Source: Bacilli bacterium (GTDB lineage Bacteria; Bacillota_I; Bacilli_A; ML615J-28; CAG-698). From it: 31,925 nt of DNA. Positions within the stretch are counted from its first letter, which is position 1. Each line of letters opens with the position of its first letter. The notes below the pieces were generated by a model that was not told the origin of the DNA, made no database searches, and worked only from the letters and a program-made list of their open reading frames with translations. A program made the position numbers and the translations under genes. Of the stretch, positions 1 through 8,181 are shown in pieces. Location: contig JAQVOS010000011.1 in the NCBI GenBank assembly GCA_028702495.1, positions 1 to 31,925 on the forward strand. The letters are read 5' to 3'.

Positions 1-678
1 AAAATCCATCCTCGAAAAAACGACCTCACTCGTCCCTTCGTCAGCAATGTGGATAAAGTATTTATCATTACCTCATTCACAGAACCAAGCCTCAATTTAA
101 ATCTTCTTGATCGCTTGATTACCTTGTCAGAATGGGAAAATATTCCATTAATCCTCGTGTTTACGAAAACCGATCTTATCGATTTAACGAATTTTACGAA
201 AATACTTGAATATTATCGAAATTTAGGTTATCCTTTGTATGTCCTTCCTAATGAAGTGGAAGGACTCAAAAACGAGATCAAACAATCCATCTGTGTCGTT
301 GCCGGTCAAAGTGGTGTTGGAAAATCCTCCTTAATTAATCTCATGGGCTCATCCATCACTCTTAAAACAGGGACAATCTCTGAGGCCTTAGGACGAGGAA
401 AACATACAACGCGTCATACAGAGTTATTATCGATTGAAGATGGATGGGTTGCTGATACCCCTGGATTTGGAATTCTCGATTTAGAGATGGATCTTTTGAG
501 TTTGTCTCATACCTTTCGTGAATTCTTCCCTCATCGATGCAAATTTAGTAAATGCTTGCATCTTTCTGAACCGGGCTGTGAGATTAAAACCAAGGTTGAG
601 CGAGGCGAAATTTTAGCTTCTCGCTATCAACACTATAAATTATTCGTTCAGGAAATCAAAGATCAAAAGAAGTATTAG
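1..678 (+). CDS. rsgA: Ribosome small-subunit-dependent GTPase RsgA; 5'-truncated by the window edge, C-terminal ~225 aa present
   Basis: The reading frame is open from nt 1 (…PRKNDLTRPFVSNVDKVFIITS…). It has the G1 P-loop VVAGQSGVGKSSLINLM, DTPGF, and a C-terminal Zn-finger CxxC…CEIK typical of RsgA/YloQ. It is followed by rpe and thiN as in Bacillus (cpgA-rpe-thiN). Confidence 0.85.
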   Translation, partial: KIHPRKNDLTRPFVSNVDKVFIITSFTEPSLNLNLLDRLITLSEWENIPLILVFTKTDLIDLTNFTKILEYYRNLGYPLYVLPNEVEGLKNEIKQSICVVAGQSGVGKSSLINLMGSSITLKTGTISEALGRGKHTTRHTELLSIEDGWVADTPGFGILDLEMDLLSLSHTFREFFPHRCKFSKCLHLSEPGCEIKTKVERGEILASRYQHYKLFVQEIKDQKKY

Positions 679-687
679 GAGGGTTAT

Positions 688-1326
688 ATGAAAATAGCAC
701 CATCAATTTTATCGGCTGATTTCTCATGTCTTCGACGCGAGATTCGTTCCATTTCACGTGCGGATTATATTCACATTGATGTGATGGATGGTCATTTCGT
801 TCCAAATATCACGATGGGTCCAGTTATTTTTCAAAATTTGAAACGCTATACAACCATTCCTTTTGATGTTCATTTAATGATTAGTCATCCGCTTCAATAT
901 GCGAAAGCATTTATGGATGCTGGAGCAGATATCCTCACCTTTCATTATGAAACAGAAGATGATATTCAAGAGTTGATTCGCATCATTCATGATCGGGGCG
1001 TAAAAGTAGGCGTATCCATTAAACCCAATACGGATGTAGCAGTGCTACAACCATACATAAAGAATCTTGACTTAATCCTAGTGATGTCAGTCGAACCGGG
1101 ATTTGGGGGACAATCCTTCCTTTTATCAGCCCTTGATAAAATCAGGTATTTAAAAAAGATAAAAGAGGAAGAAAATTTACATTTTATCATAGAAGTAGAT
1201 GGTGGCATTAATCATGAAACTGCTAAAAGTGTTGCCTTGGCTGGCTGTGACATCATTGTTGCAGGAACCTACATCTTTCGCGAGAAAAATCGCAATAGAA
1301 TTATAAAGGAGTTGAAAGGTTTATGA
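688..1326 (+). CDS. rpe: Ribulose-phosphate 3-epimerase
   Basis: 212 aa. The N-terminus MKIAPSILSADF, the HxDVMDGHFVPN metal site and the SVEPGFGGQSF and VDGGIN motifs match Rpe. An AGGAGG RBS lies 7 nt upstream. Confidence 0.9.
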   Translation: MKIAPSILSADFSCLRREIRSISRADYIHIDVMDGHFVPNITMGPVIFQNLKRYTTIPFDVHLMISHPLQYAKAFMDAGADILTFHYETEDDIQELIRIIHDRGVKVGVSIKPNTDVAVLQPYIKNLDLILVMSVEPGFGGQSFLLSALDKIRYLKKIKEEENLHFIIEVDGGINHETAKSVALAGCDIIVAGTYIFREKNRNRIIKELKGL

Positions 1327-1961
1327 TCATTAAGATTATATGTGCAAGCAATGATACTTTTACAAGACTTTATAAACACGATGATGAAGAGTTTTTAGTT
1401 GGTGTTGATGCTGGTGTGGATGTCTTAATCAAAAATCGTTTACCCGTTGATTTGGCCATTGGTGATTTTGATAGCAGTAAAACAAAGGATATCAAGACAA
1501 AAGTGAGAGAAATGGCCGTTTATCCAGCCCACAAGAGTAAAAGTGACTTAGAACTCGCAATCAACTATGTTTTTAGTCCTGAGTTTCAACAGCACTTGGT
1601 CTTGAAAAGAGCCGTTGAAAAAATCATCATTTATAATTCAACAGGAAAACGAATGGATCACTATCGGGCAACCATGAATTTATTGGTTCGATATACCCAC
1701 CTTCCGATTGAAGTTGTTGATAATCATAATTTCATTTATCTTGTTAATTCACGAACTGTCTTTAAAAAGGGAAAGTTTAGATACATTTCTTTCTTTGCCG
1801 TAGATCCTAAAACAATTGTTAGTCTTCAAGGATTTAAGTATGATTTAACAAATTATGAGCTTGGACAATATGACAATTTATGTTTAAGTAATGAGATTGT
1901 TGAAAAAGAAGCCATTCTCATGACCAATAACAAGAAAATATTAGTGATACAATCCGAATAA
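1323..1961 (+). CDS. thiN: Thiamine diphosphokinase (thiamine pyrophosphokinase)
   Basis: 212 aa. It overlaps the rpe stop as ATGA. GVDAG…AIGDFDS is the TPK catalytic motif. The position after rpe matches the Bacillus rpe-thiN order. Confidence 0.8.
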   Translation: MIIKIICASNDTFTRLYKHDDEEFLVGVDAGVDVLIKNRLPVDLAIGDFDSSKTKDIKTKVREMAVYPAHKSKSDLELAINYVFSPEFQQHLVLKRAVEKIIIYNSTGKRMDHYRATMNLLVRYTHLPIEVVDNHNFIYLVNSRTVFKKGKFRYISFFAVDPKTIVSLQGFKYDLTNYELGQYDNLCLSNEIVEKEAILMTNNKKILVIQSE

Positions 1962-1980
1962 TTCGGATTGTTTTCTTTTC
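1951..1980 (+). terminator. Rho-independent terminator after thiN (the stop codon lies in the loop)
   Basis: AATCCGAA-TAA-TTCGGATT hairpin followed by GTTTTCTTTTC. Confidence 0.6.
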
Positions 1981-2033
1981 ACCAATAAAAACAGCCACAC
2001 GATCGTATTATAGGTGTAAGTAGGAGGAACTAT

Positions 2034-3956
2034 ATGATCCGGAAATTATTTTTATTCGTAGTACTCATTTTTTCATTTTTATTAACAGCTTGTGGATTAA
2101 ACCAATCCCATATTTTAGAAACTGAACTCGGTCTTTCATCGATTCAAAGTCAAAAAGAATTACAAGAAAAACTCAACTCTACTTCCTATTATTGGAGATA
2201 TTATGGATCGCCAATACTTGATGGAATCGTTGGAGCCACTGCTGAAGATACAAATGTACCAAATGGTCAAGAGGAAAAGAGCAGTGATTATACAACGACC
2301 AATGTTCAAGTAGAAGGTGTTGATGAAGGTGATCGCGTGAAAACCGATGGTGATCGCATTTATAGTTTGAACAATAATGCGGTTAAGGTCGTTGATGTTA
2401 ATGAGGGCCATATGGAACTTGTTTTCATCGATTACTTAAATGAAGACATATCCAATCAAGAAAGCAATTACTATTACTATTATTATAGTAATTACTTTAC
2501 AGAATTATATTTAACTGATCAATATTTTATTGCCATTTTTGCTTCTTATTCTGCACGATATTATATCGATTGGATGCCTCTAGAAACATCCGGCACTTAT
2601 ACGGGGGTACGTATCTATGATAAAGAAACATTTGATCTTGTTGAAGAATACAATATCTCAGGGTCCTTGAATACTTCTCGATTAATTGAGGATCAACTTT
2701 ACTTAATTCTCAATCATTATGATTATAGTGAAGAAAGAAATAATTGGCCATGGGTAAAAGTGGATGGTGTTACTACCACTACTCCTTTAAATGATATTAA
2801 ATATTTACCAAATACTGTCTATGAATCTTACACCGTGATTGCGAAAGTGACATTACAAGATGAAGTTAGCCTTGAAACCGATGTCCTATTAGGTCCTTCT
2901 TATTGGCAACAAATTTATGTCAGTCAACAATCCATCTATCTTACCACTCAACAATACGAAGAAACTCTTCTCGGAAACTATACACAAACAGGATTACTCG
3001 TTTCCTATCTATTTAATGAAAGTGGATCAGTATTCTTTGGGGGTGCGGGTAGTTTTAAAGGTAATATTATAGATCAATTTGCCATGGACGAATATGATGG
3101 CTATATGAGAATTGCAACAACCGAAGGATTTAGAGAAACCGCCATGAATCGTATTTATGTGTTTGAAAGACAAATCATCGCTGATCAATATTATCTCATT
3201 GTTGTTGGAAAAATTGACAAAGGACTTGGAAAACCAGGAGAAACCATTCGTTCTGCTCGTTTCAATGAAGAACAAGCAACAATCGTGACCTTCTTACAAA
3301 CTGATCCACTTTACGTCATTGATTTATCCAATCCTACTACCCCAACCATTTCGGGTCAATTGGAAATTCCTGGATTTAGCACCTATCAACATCCTTGGAA
3401 AGAAAATTATATTATTGGTTTAGGGTTTGATGCCAACGAATTAGGGCAAACAACAGGAGTGAAATTATCGCTATTTGATATCACTGATGCTGAAAATCCA
3501 GTTGAAGTCGGAAAATCACTTGTATTCCCTTACTATGAAAGTCGGATTTATACAAATGCATTGTATGATCACAAGGCTTTATTTGTAGATCCAAATCATG
3601 ATTGCATTGGTATGACCTTCCAGTCATCTCGATGGAACTATACAACTTATTACTACGCTCCCGAAAGTAAATTCGTTATGTTTGATGTGGATCTAACTCG
3701 GGAATACCCAATTCAGATTCTTCATACAGTTGATCATTTCGAGCTTGGTCAAAAACCAGGTGAAGAGCTTGAAGATAGTGAAGAATTGGTTTACTTCTAT
3801 TGGAATTACAATTATGTCATCGATCGCGCGGTTCGAATTGACAATTATCTCTATGTTATTAGTGGTAATTTAATGACTTCTCATGAATTAGGAGAAGAGT
3901 TAACAACCGTTGAAATATTACCTTTCGACCCCGCTGAACCAGATTTGGTCGGCTAA
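2034..3956 (+). CDS. Secreted beta-propeller domain lipoprotein (COG4880-like)
   Basis: 640 aa with an AGGAGG RBS. The signal peptide carries a lipobox (…FSFLLTAC). The sequence is rich in Y/N/T/D, as expected for a beta-propeller. An unusual N(Y)6SNY tract is present. The family assignment is from memory of COG4880-type proteins and is not verified. Confidence 0.55.
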   Translation: MIRKLFLFVVLIFSFLLTACGLNQSHILETELGLSSIQSQKELQEKLNSTSYYWRYYGSPILDGIVGATAEDTNVPNGQEEKSSDYTTTNVQVEGVDEGDRVKTDGDRIYSLNNNAVKVVDVNEGHMELVFIDYLNEDISNQESNYYYYYYSNYFTELYLTDQYFIAIFASYSARYYIDWMPLETSGTYTGVRIYDKETFDLVEEYNISGSLNTSRLIEDQLYLILNHYDYSEERNNWPWVKVDGVTTTTPLNDIKYLPNTVYESYTVIAKVTLQDEVSLETDVLLGPSYWQQIYVSQQSIYLTTQQYEETLLGNYTQTGLLVSYLFNESGSVFFGGAGSFKGNIIDQFAMDEYDGYMRIATTEGFRETAMNRIYVFERQIIADQYYLIVVGKIDKGLGKPGETIRSARFNEEQATIVTFLQTDPLYVIDLSNPTTPTISGQLEIPGFSTYQHPWKENYIIGLGFDANELGQTTGVKLSLFDITDAENPVEVGKSLVFPYYESRIYTNALYDHKALFVDPNHDCIGMTFQSSRWNYTTYYYAPESKFVMFDVDLTREYPIQILHTVDHFELGQKPGEELEDSEELVYFYWNYNYVIDRAVRIDNYLYVISGNLMTSHELGEELTTVEILPFDPAEPDLVG

Positions 3957-3969
3957 AGCAATTGCTTTA
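3954..3969. promoter_or_regulatory. 16-bp perfect palindrome TAAAGCAATTGCTTTA, a candidate operator
   Basis: Perfect dyad overlapping the lipoprotein stop codon, 16 bp upstream of the -35 of the ECF-sigma promoter. Confidence 0.3.
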
Positions 3970-3984
3970 ATCTCAATCCAATTC

Positions 3985-4013
3985 TTGCAAACATAAAAAA
4001 AAGGTGTTATAAT
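3985..4013 (+). promoter_or_regulatory. Sigma-A-type promoter for the ECF sigma/anti-sigma operon
   Basis: TTGCAA, a 17-nt spacer, then TGtTATAAT (extended -10). It lies about 24 nt upstream of the ECF sigma start with an AAGGAG RBS in between. Confidence 0.55.
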
Positions 4014-4036
4014 GAGTCATTCAAGGAGATGATTGA

Positions 4037-4543
4037 ATGGCTCGATACGAAGAATACATCGATGGTATCATTAGTCGTGATGAAGAAGCCTTCGCATCGT
4101 TATATGATGCGACGAAGCAAGCTGTTTATGCCATGATCGTCTCTATTGTTAGAGATTCCTCTATGGCAGAAGACCTGATGCAAGAGACTTATATGACTGT
4201 GATTGAAAAAATCCATCAATATGAGCGAGGGCGAAACTTCTTAAGTTGGATCTTAGTCATTGCCCGTAATAAGGCCATTGACTATTATCGAGAGCGCAAG
4301 AAGACTTTACTAGTCGATCAAGAAGACCTCGATTACATTGGTGATGTGACTCCTGCTCGTGGAGAACAACAACTGATGGTGGGAGAAATGTTAGATCGTT
4401 TATCAGAAACCGAACGAAGCATCTTTCTTCTTCACATCATGAGTGATTTACCTTTTCGACAAATTGCACCCATTATGGAATTGCCTTTAGGAACTGTCCT
4501 ATGGCACTATAGTCGAGCTATAAAAAAAATCAAAGAATATTAG
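4037..4543 (+). CDS. ECF (group 4) sigma-70 family RNA polymerase sigma factor
   Basis: 168 aa. Region 2 (DLMQETY…FLSWILVIARNKAIDYYRERK) and region 4 (LSETERSIFLLHIM…FRQIAPIMELPLGTVLWHYSRAIKKIK) are both recognisable. Confidence 0.85.
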   Translation: MARYEEYIDGIISRDEEAFASLYDATKQAVYAMIVSIVRDSSMAEDLMQETYMTVIEKIHQYERGRNFLSWILVIARNKAIDYYRERKKTLLVDQEDLDYIGDVTPARGEQQLMVGEMLDRLSETERSIFLLHIMSDLPFRQIAPIMELPLGTVLWHYSRAIKKIKEY

Positions 4544-4551
4544 GAGGAGTT

Positions 4552-5601
4552 ATGAAAACATATCGCGAAAAAATCGATTTGATAAAGTCACAATTGTCTT
4601 CAGATGTTCCTTCTATCCCATTTGAAACAATTCATCGTATCGAGATCGAACCCCCCTATGAGAAGGTCGTCATACGACGCTTTACCTGGCGCAATCTTGC
4701 CATATCCTTATCTTGTTTAATCTTAATTGTCACAGGATTCATTCTCTTTCCAAATCCTCATGATGGTCTTGCACCTGAGGTTGAGGGTTTGGGCGATTTC
4801 GCTACCTTATCTCCGACAGAAGCGGCCACTTTTGATCCCCTCCCTCTCCTCGGATTAACGTCTTTCTATCGTTCGAATCGAAAGTTATATCAAGACAATC
4901 CTTCTGACCTTGAGAATGAAAGTGTTCAGTTCATTCATTACTATCTATCTGTTCTTGATCATTTTTTCTATGAAGGAACTTATGAAGCCATTACACCACT
5001 ATATGATTTTGATTATGGGATTCGATATACCTTCTCAGGTATGCAAGGAGTATCTTTATCGTATGCTTTATACTTTGATAGTGAATATTGCCAAGATAAT
5101 ACATCCATCATTCATGCAAAAGTTGTTTATCTTGATGAAATTTATACTATTACCGGTGAAAAACAATCGATTGATGATAAGATTATTTTAAATCTTGCGA
5201 TTTCCATTGATAGTGAAAACTATGTTTCAACAACAAAAATCACGAATACCTCACAAAGTACTTACTCTTTTAGCATCATTAAGGATAACATCTGCATTAC
5301 GGAAAGTTCCATTTATAGTCGTGATGAGGGTATTACCTTATTACAAAACAAATTAAATGAAGAACAATCTATGTATGAAATAGAACTGGGCAATGAGGAA
5401 TTTGTGATTCAATACATGATGCTTTCTGACCGTTATGAAGGGGTTGATCCTCTCTATGGGAGCGCAAGTCTTGACTCTTATAATGAAAATAATGAAGCTG
5501 TTTTTGGCTCGATCACTGCCAGTTTTGATGAGTCTACGGTTACCTATTCGGCATCTTCGAATAATAACCTTGTCTATGAAGACACGATTCCCATTGAATA
5601 A
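4552..5601 (+). CDS. Putative single-pass membrane anti-sigma factor with a large extracytoplasmic domain of unknown fold
   Basis: 349 aa, starting 8 nt after the sigma gene with an AGGAGG RBS. A cytoplasmic N-terminus of about 45 aa is followed by one TM helix (LAISLSCLILIVTGFILF) and about 280 aa outside the cell. No Zn (HxxxCxxC) motif is present. The assignment rests on position and topology only. Confidence 0.5.
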   Translation: MKTYREKIDLIKSQLSSDVPSIPFETIHRIEIEPPYEKVVIRRFTWRNLAISLSCLILIVTGFILFPNPHDGLAPEVEGLGDFATLSPTEAATFDPLPLLGLTSFYRSNRKLYQDNPSDLENESVQFIHYYLSVLDHFFYEGTYEAITPLYDFDYGIRYTFSGMQGVSLSYALYFDSEYCQDNTSIIHAKVVYLDEIYTITGEKQSIDDKIILNLAISIDSENYVSTTKITNTSQSTYSFSIIKDNICITESSIYSRDEGITLLQNKLNEEQSMYEIELGNEEFVIQYMMLSDRYEGVDPLYGSASLDSYNENNEAVFGSITASFDESTVTYSASSNNNLVYEDTIPIE

Positions 5602-5622
5602 AACCCAATAAAATGCGAAAAA

Positions 5623-5655
5623 GCAACCCTCTATTAATAGAGAGTTGCTTTTTAT
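5623..5655 (+). terminator. Rho-independent terminator after the anti-sigma gene
   Basis: GCAACCCTCTATT-AAT-AGAGAGTTGC hairpin with one mismatch, followed by TTTTTAT. Confidence 0.7.
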
Positions 5656-5663
5656 GGGTCTTT

Positions 5664-5711
5664 CCAATAGCTTGGGGTCAGACCAAAAAGTCATCCAATA
5701 GTTTGGGGTCA
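5664..5711. repeat. Two 17-nt direct repeats CCAATAGYTTGGGGTCA (one mismatch) 31 nt apart
   Basis: Copies at 5664-5680 and 5695-5711 in non-coding DNA. The second copy is bracketed by the inverted pair AGTCAT / ATGACT. Confidence 0.6.
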
Positions 5712-5759
5712 AAAATGACTAAAATCCCAAAACATTTTGATGGAAACTTATATTAAATA

Positions 5760-5803
5760 GGGTGAAGCAACTTGGACTAGAATCCTTAAGCTTCACCCTT
5801 TTT
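5760..5803 (+). terminator. Orphan terminator-like hairpin (9-bp stem, 21-nt loop, T5 tail)
   Basis: GGGTGAAGC-N21-GCTTCACCC followed by TTTTT. It lies about 105 nt beyond the first terminator, with no ORF between them. Confidence 0.4.
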
Positions 5804-6029
5804 GATCAATTTTAAGGCTATTTATATTAAATTTATGAGCTTTTATCAATGAAAAAGCATTTTTTCAATTATTTTGACAGATCAGTGAATTTTGTGTAAC
5901 CATACTCTCGATTCCAAAACAGCCTACCCCAAAACTTTTTAAAGAACCATTTTTATTGTTACCATGCTTTTCCTCCAAATAAAAAAGCCAAGCTCATTAC
6001 TTGACTTATTTATTTAATAATAGGTTGCA

Positions 6030-6218
6030 TTAAGCACGTTTCACTAAACCGGATTTTAAAGCACGTGTTGAAACATAAACGCGTTTTGATTTTCCGTCTT
6101 CATCAATGATTCTCACTTTTTGTAAGTTTGCCTTCCAAGTGCGACGAGAAGCTTTTAATGAGTGTGGACGGTTATTACCTGTGACTGTACCCAAACCTGT
6201 GACATAGCAGCGAGCCAT
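6030..6218 (-). CDS. rpmB: 50S ribosomal protein L28
   Basis: 62 aa ([37 protein letters not shown]…). An AGGAGG RBS lies 6 nt upstream. The ORF track extends the N-terminus spuriously. Confidence 0.9.
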   Translation of the reverse strand: MARCYVTGLGTVTGNNRPHSLKASRRTWKANLQKVRIIDEDGKSKRVYVSTRALKSGLVKRA

Positions 6219-6250
6219 AATTGACCTCCTTACATTCTTAAACATCAATT

Positions 6251-6279
6251 ATTATACCACACGGAACCATTATTTGCAA
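6251..6279 (-). promoter_or_regulatory. rpmB promoter (minus strand)
   Basis: Reverse complement reads TTGCAA, a 17-nt spacer, then TGgTATAAT, about 30 nt upstream of the rpmB start. Confidence 0.55.
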
Positions 6280-6345
6280 GTAATATTTATGGCATGAATC
6301 CTTTTTTTATACCAATATCCCCCTCCTTACCTTCATTCTTTTCTC

Positions 6346-6374
6346 TTGCAAAAACTTTTCATCTATGATATAAT
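6346..6374 (+). promoter_or_regulatory. Promoter for yloV-recG, divergent from the rpmB promoter
   Basis: TTGCAA, a 17-nt spacer, then TATAAT. Confidence 0.5.
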
Positions 6375-6450
6375 TAGTAATAGTTATTGTATAGTAACCA
6401 ACGATCTGAGACAATCTTAATCTATAAAAAATATGGAGACGTGAAAATTC

Positions 6451-8139
6451 ATGGAAATAACCAAATTAGATGGCTCACTATTCAAAACGCTTGTCATCAA
6501 TGGGGCAGAAAATCTGAAAATTAATTATCAATCAATTGATGCCCTCAATGTATTCCCAGTCCCCGATGGCGATACTGGAACGAATATGAAGATGACAATC
6601 GAAGGCGGAGTCAACGAACTAAAAAACTTTGATGAAACAAATATATATGAAGTAGCAAAAAAACTATCTCGAGGGATGTTAATGGGAGCTCGTGGAAACT
6701 CAGGAGTTATCCTTTCTCAACTTTTCCGAGGGATTTATAAGGGATTTGAAGGATTCACAAGTATTAATGCCTTAAACTTATCAAAAGCATTTGCTAGTGG
6801 CGTTTCCCAAGCCTATAAAGCGGTCATGAAACCTGTTGAAGGAACCATTTTAACAGTTGCCCGCGAAGCAACAGAAAAATTAGTATCGATTTCTTCTTCA
6901 AGAATGAGTATTAATGAATTTTTTGATGAATACATCAATGAAGCAAAAGCTTCGCTTGAACGTACCCCTGAATTACTCCCCGTTTTAAAAGAAGCGGGAG
7001 TGGTTGACAGTGGGGGTGCTGGTTTCATTTGCATTTTAGAAGGAATGCAAAAAGCACTTAAAGGAGATTTCTTATCTTCTTCAACCGTTTCAGAAACCAT
7101 GCACACAGCGGGTTCACTAGTATTCCAAACGACAGAAAAAGCTGAATTTGGCTATTGTACCGAGTTTATTTTAAAACTAGAATCTACCAAAACCAGCATT
7201 GAAGAATTTACTGAACAAATGATGGTTGATCTCATTTCTCCCCTTGGAAATTCACTCGTTGTGGTGAAAGATGATGACATCGTGAAGGTGCATATTCACA
7301 CTTTTACCCCGGGAGATATTTTAAACATCGGTCAACGATTTGGCGAATATGAACACTTGAAAATTGAAAACATGACCGTTCAACACAATGAGCTTAATCC
7401 TCCAGTCGTGCATGTTCAAGAAGGTCCCTGCCCTTGTGGAGAGGATCATGTTAAAAAACCTGTGAAACCTGAAAAGCGAAAGAAATATGCGATTGTTTCC
7501 GTTGCCAGTGGTGAAGGACTCATTAAGACCTTTAAAGAAATGGGAGCTGACTTCATAGTTGAAGGCGGACAAAGCATGAATCCATCCACTGAAGATTTTA
7601 TTCGGGGATTTGATACTCTTAATGCCGATCACATTCTTGTCTTTCCTAACAATAAAAACATCATTTTGGCTGCCCAACAAGCTGCTAAAATTTATAAAGA
7701 AAGCAAAGTTTGGGTCATTCAATCGAAAACCCTTGCCCAAGGCTTTTCAGCATTAACCATGCTTGACCTCAATGGTGAGCCTCAAGACATTATTGATGAA
7801 ATGAATGAAGTGATGGAACGTGTCACAACAGGGCTCATTACATACTCGATTCGTGATACAGAACTAGAAGGCATTCAAATTAAGAAATCGGATTATATTG
7901 GAATCATGAATAGTAAGATTGTTACATCGCATCGTCGGCGATTTGACACCATGAAAGATCTCTTGACTAATGCAGTCGACCCTCAAAAAGAAATCATCAC
8001 AATCATTTATGGACGTGATATTGAGCATCGAGAATTGACGGATGTGGTTAAATATATCGAGAAAAATTATAGTAATCTTGAAGTAGAGCTCATCGAAGGT
8101 AATCAAGAAGTCTATAGTTATATTCTAGCAATAGAATAG
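6451..8139 (+). CDS. yloV: DAK2 domain-containing protein (YloV family)
   Basis: 562 aa. The N-terminal Dak2 region shows PVPDGDTGTNM. It is divergent from rpmB and upstream of recG, as in the Bacillus yloV-recG arrangement. Confidence 0.8.
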   Translation: MEITKLDGSLFKTLVINGAENLKINYQSIDALNVFPVPDGDTGTNMKMTIEGGVNELKNFDETNIYEVAKKLSRGMLMGARGNSGVILSQLFRGIYKGFEGFTSINALNLSKAFASGVSQAYKAVMKPVEGTILTVAREATEKLVSISSSRMSINEFFDEYINEAKASLERTPELLPVLKEAGVVDSGGAGFICILEGMQKALKGDFLSSSTVSETMHTAGSLVFQTTEKAEFGYCTEFILKLESTKTSIEEFTEQMMVDLISPLGNSLVVVKDDDIVKVHIHTFTPGDILNIGQRFGEYEHLKIENMTVQHNELNPPVVHVQEGPCPCGEDHVKKPVKPEKRKKYAIVSVASGEGLIKTFKEMGADFIVEGGQSMNPSTEDFIRGFDTLNADHILVFPNNKNIILAAQQAAKIYKESKVWVIQSKTLAQGFSALTMLDLNGEPQDIIDEMNEVMERVTTGLITYSIRDTELEGIQIKKSDYIGIMNSKIVTSHRRRFDTMKDLLTNAVDPQKEIITIIYGRDIEHRELTDVVKYIEKNYSNLEVELIEGNQEVYSYILAIE

Positions 8140-8142
8140 ATC

Positions 8143-8166
8143 AGGGCTCTAAGCCCTTTTTCTTTT
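8143..8166 (+). terminator. Weak terminator or attenuator between yloV and recG
   Basis: AGGGCT-CTA-AGCCCT followed by TTTTTCTTTT. Confidence 0.4.
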
Positions 8167-8181
8167 AAAGGATGGTTAAGT

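Noticed and set aside
1090-1110. GGTTCGA-containing segment (tRNA T-loop-like) on the minus strand
   Set aside because: It lies inside rpe. No acceptor or anticodon stem context is present. No tRNA genes were found anywhere in the window.
987-1208. 73-aa minus-strand ORF inside rpe
   Set aside because: It is antisense to a confidently identified CDS.
4910-5191. 93-aa ORF in an alternative frame inside the anti-sigma gene
   Set aside because: It is fully embedded in a longer ORF with a good RBS. It has Ile/Leu/Phe-rich composition typical of off-frame translation of AT-rich DNA.
5353-5712. 119-aa minus-strand ORF spanning the anti-sigma 3' end and its terminator
   Set aside because: It is antisense to a supported CDS and runs through a terminator hairpin. 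It has no RBS.
5755-5803. T-box-like sequence AAATAGGGTGAAGC next to a terminator hairpin
   Set aside because: The canonical T-box GGUGG…ACCGCG core is missing. No specifier or stem-I context is present. No aminoacyl-tRNA synthetase or amino-acid biosynthesis gene lies downstream; rpmB on the other strand is next.
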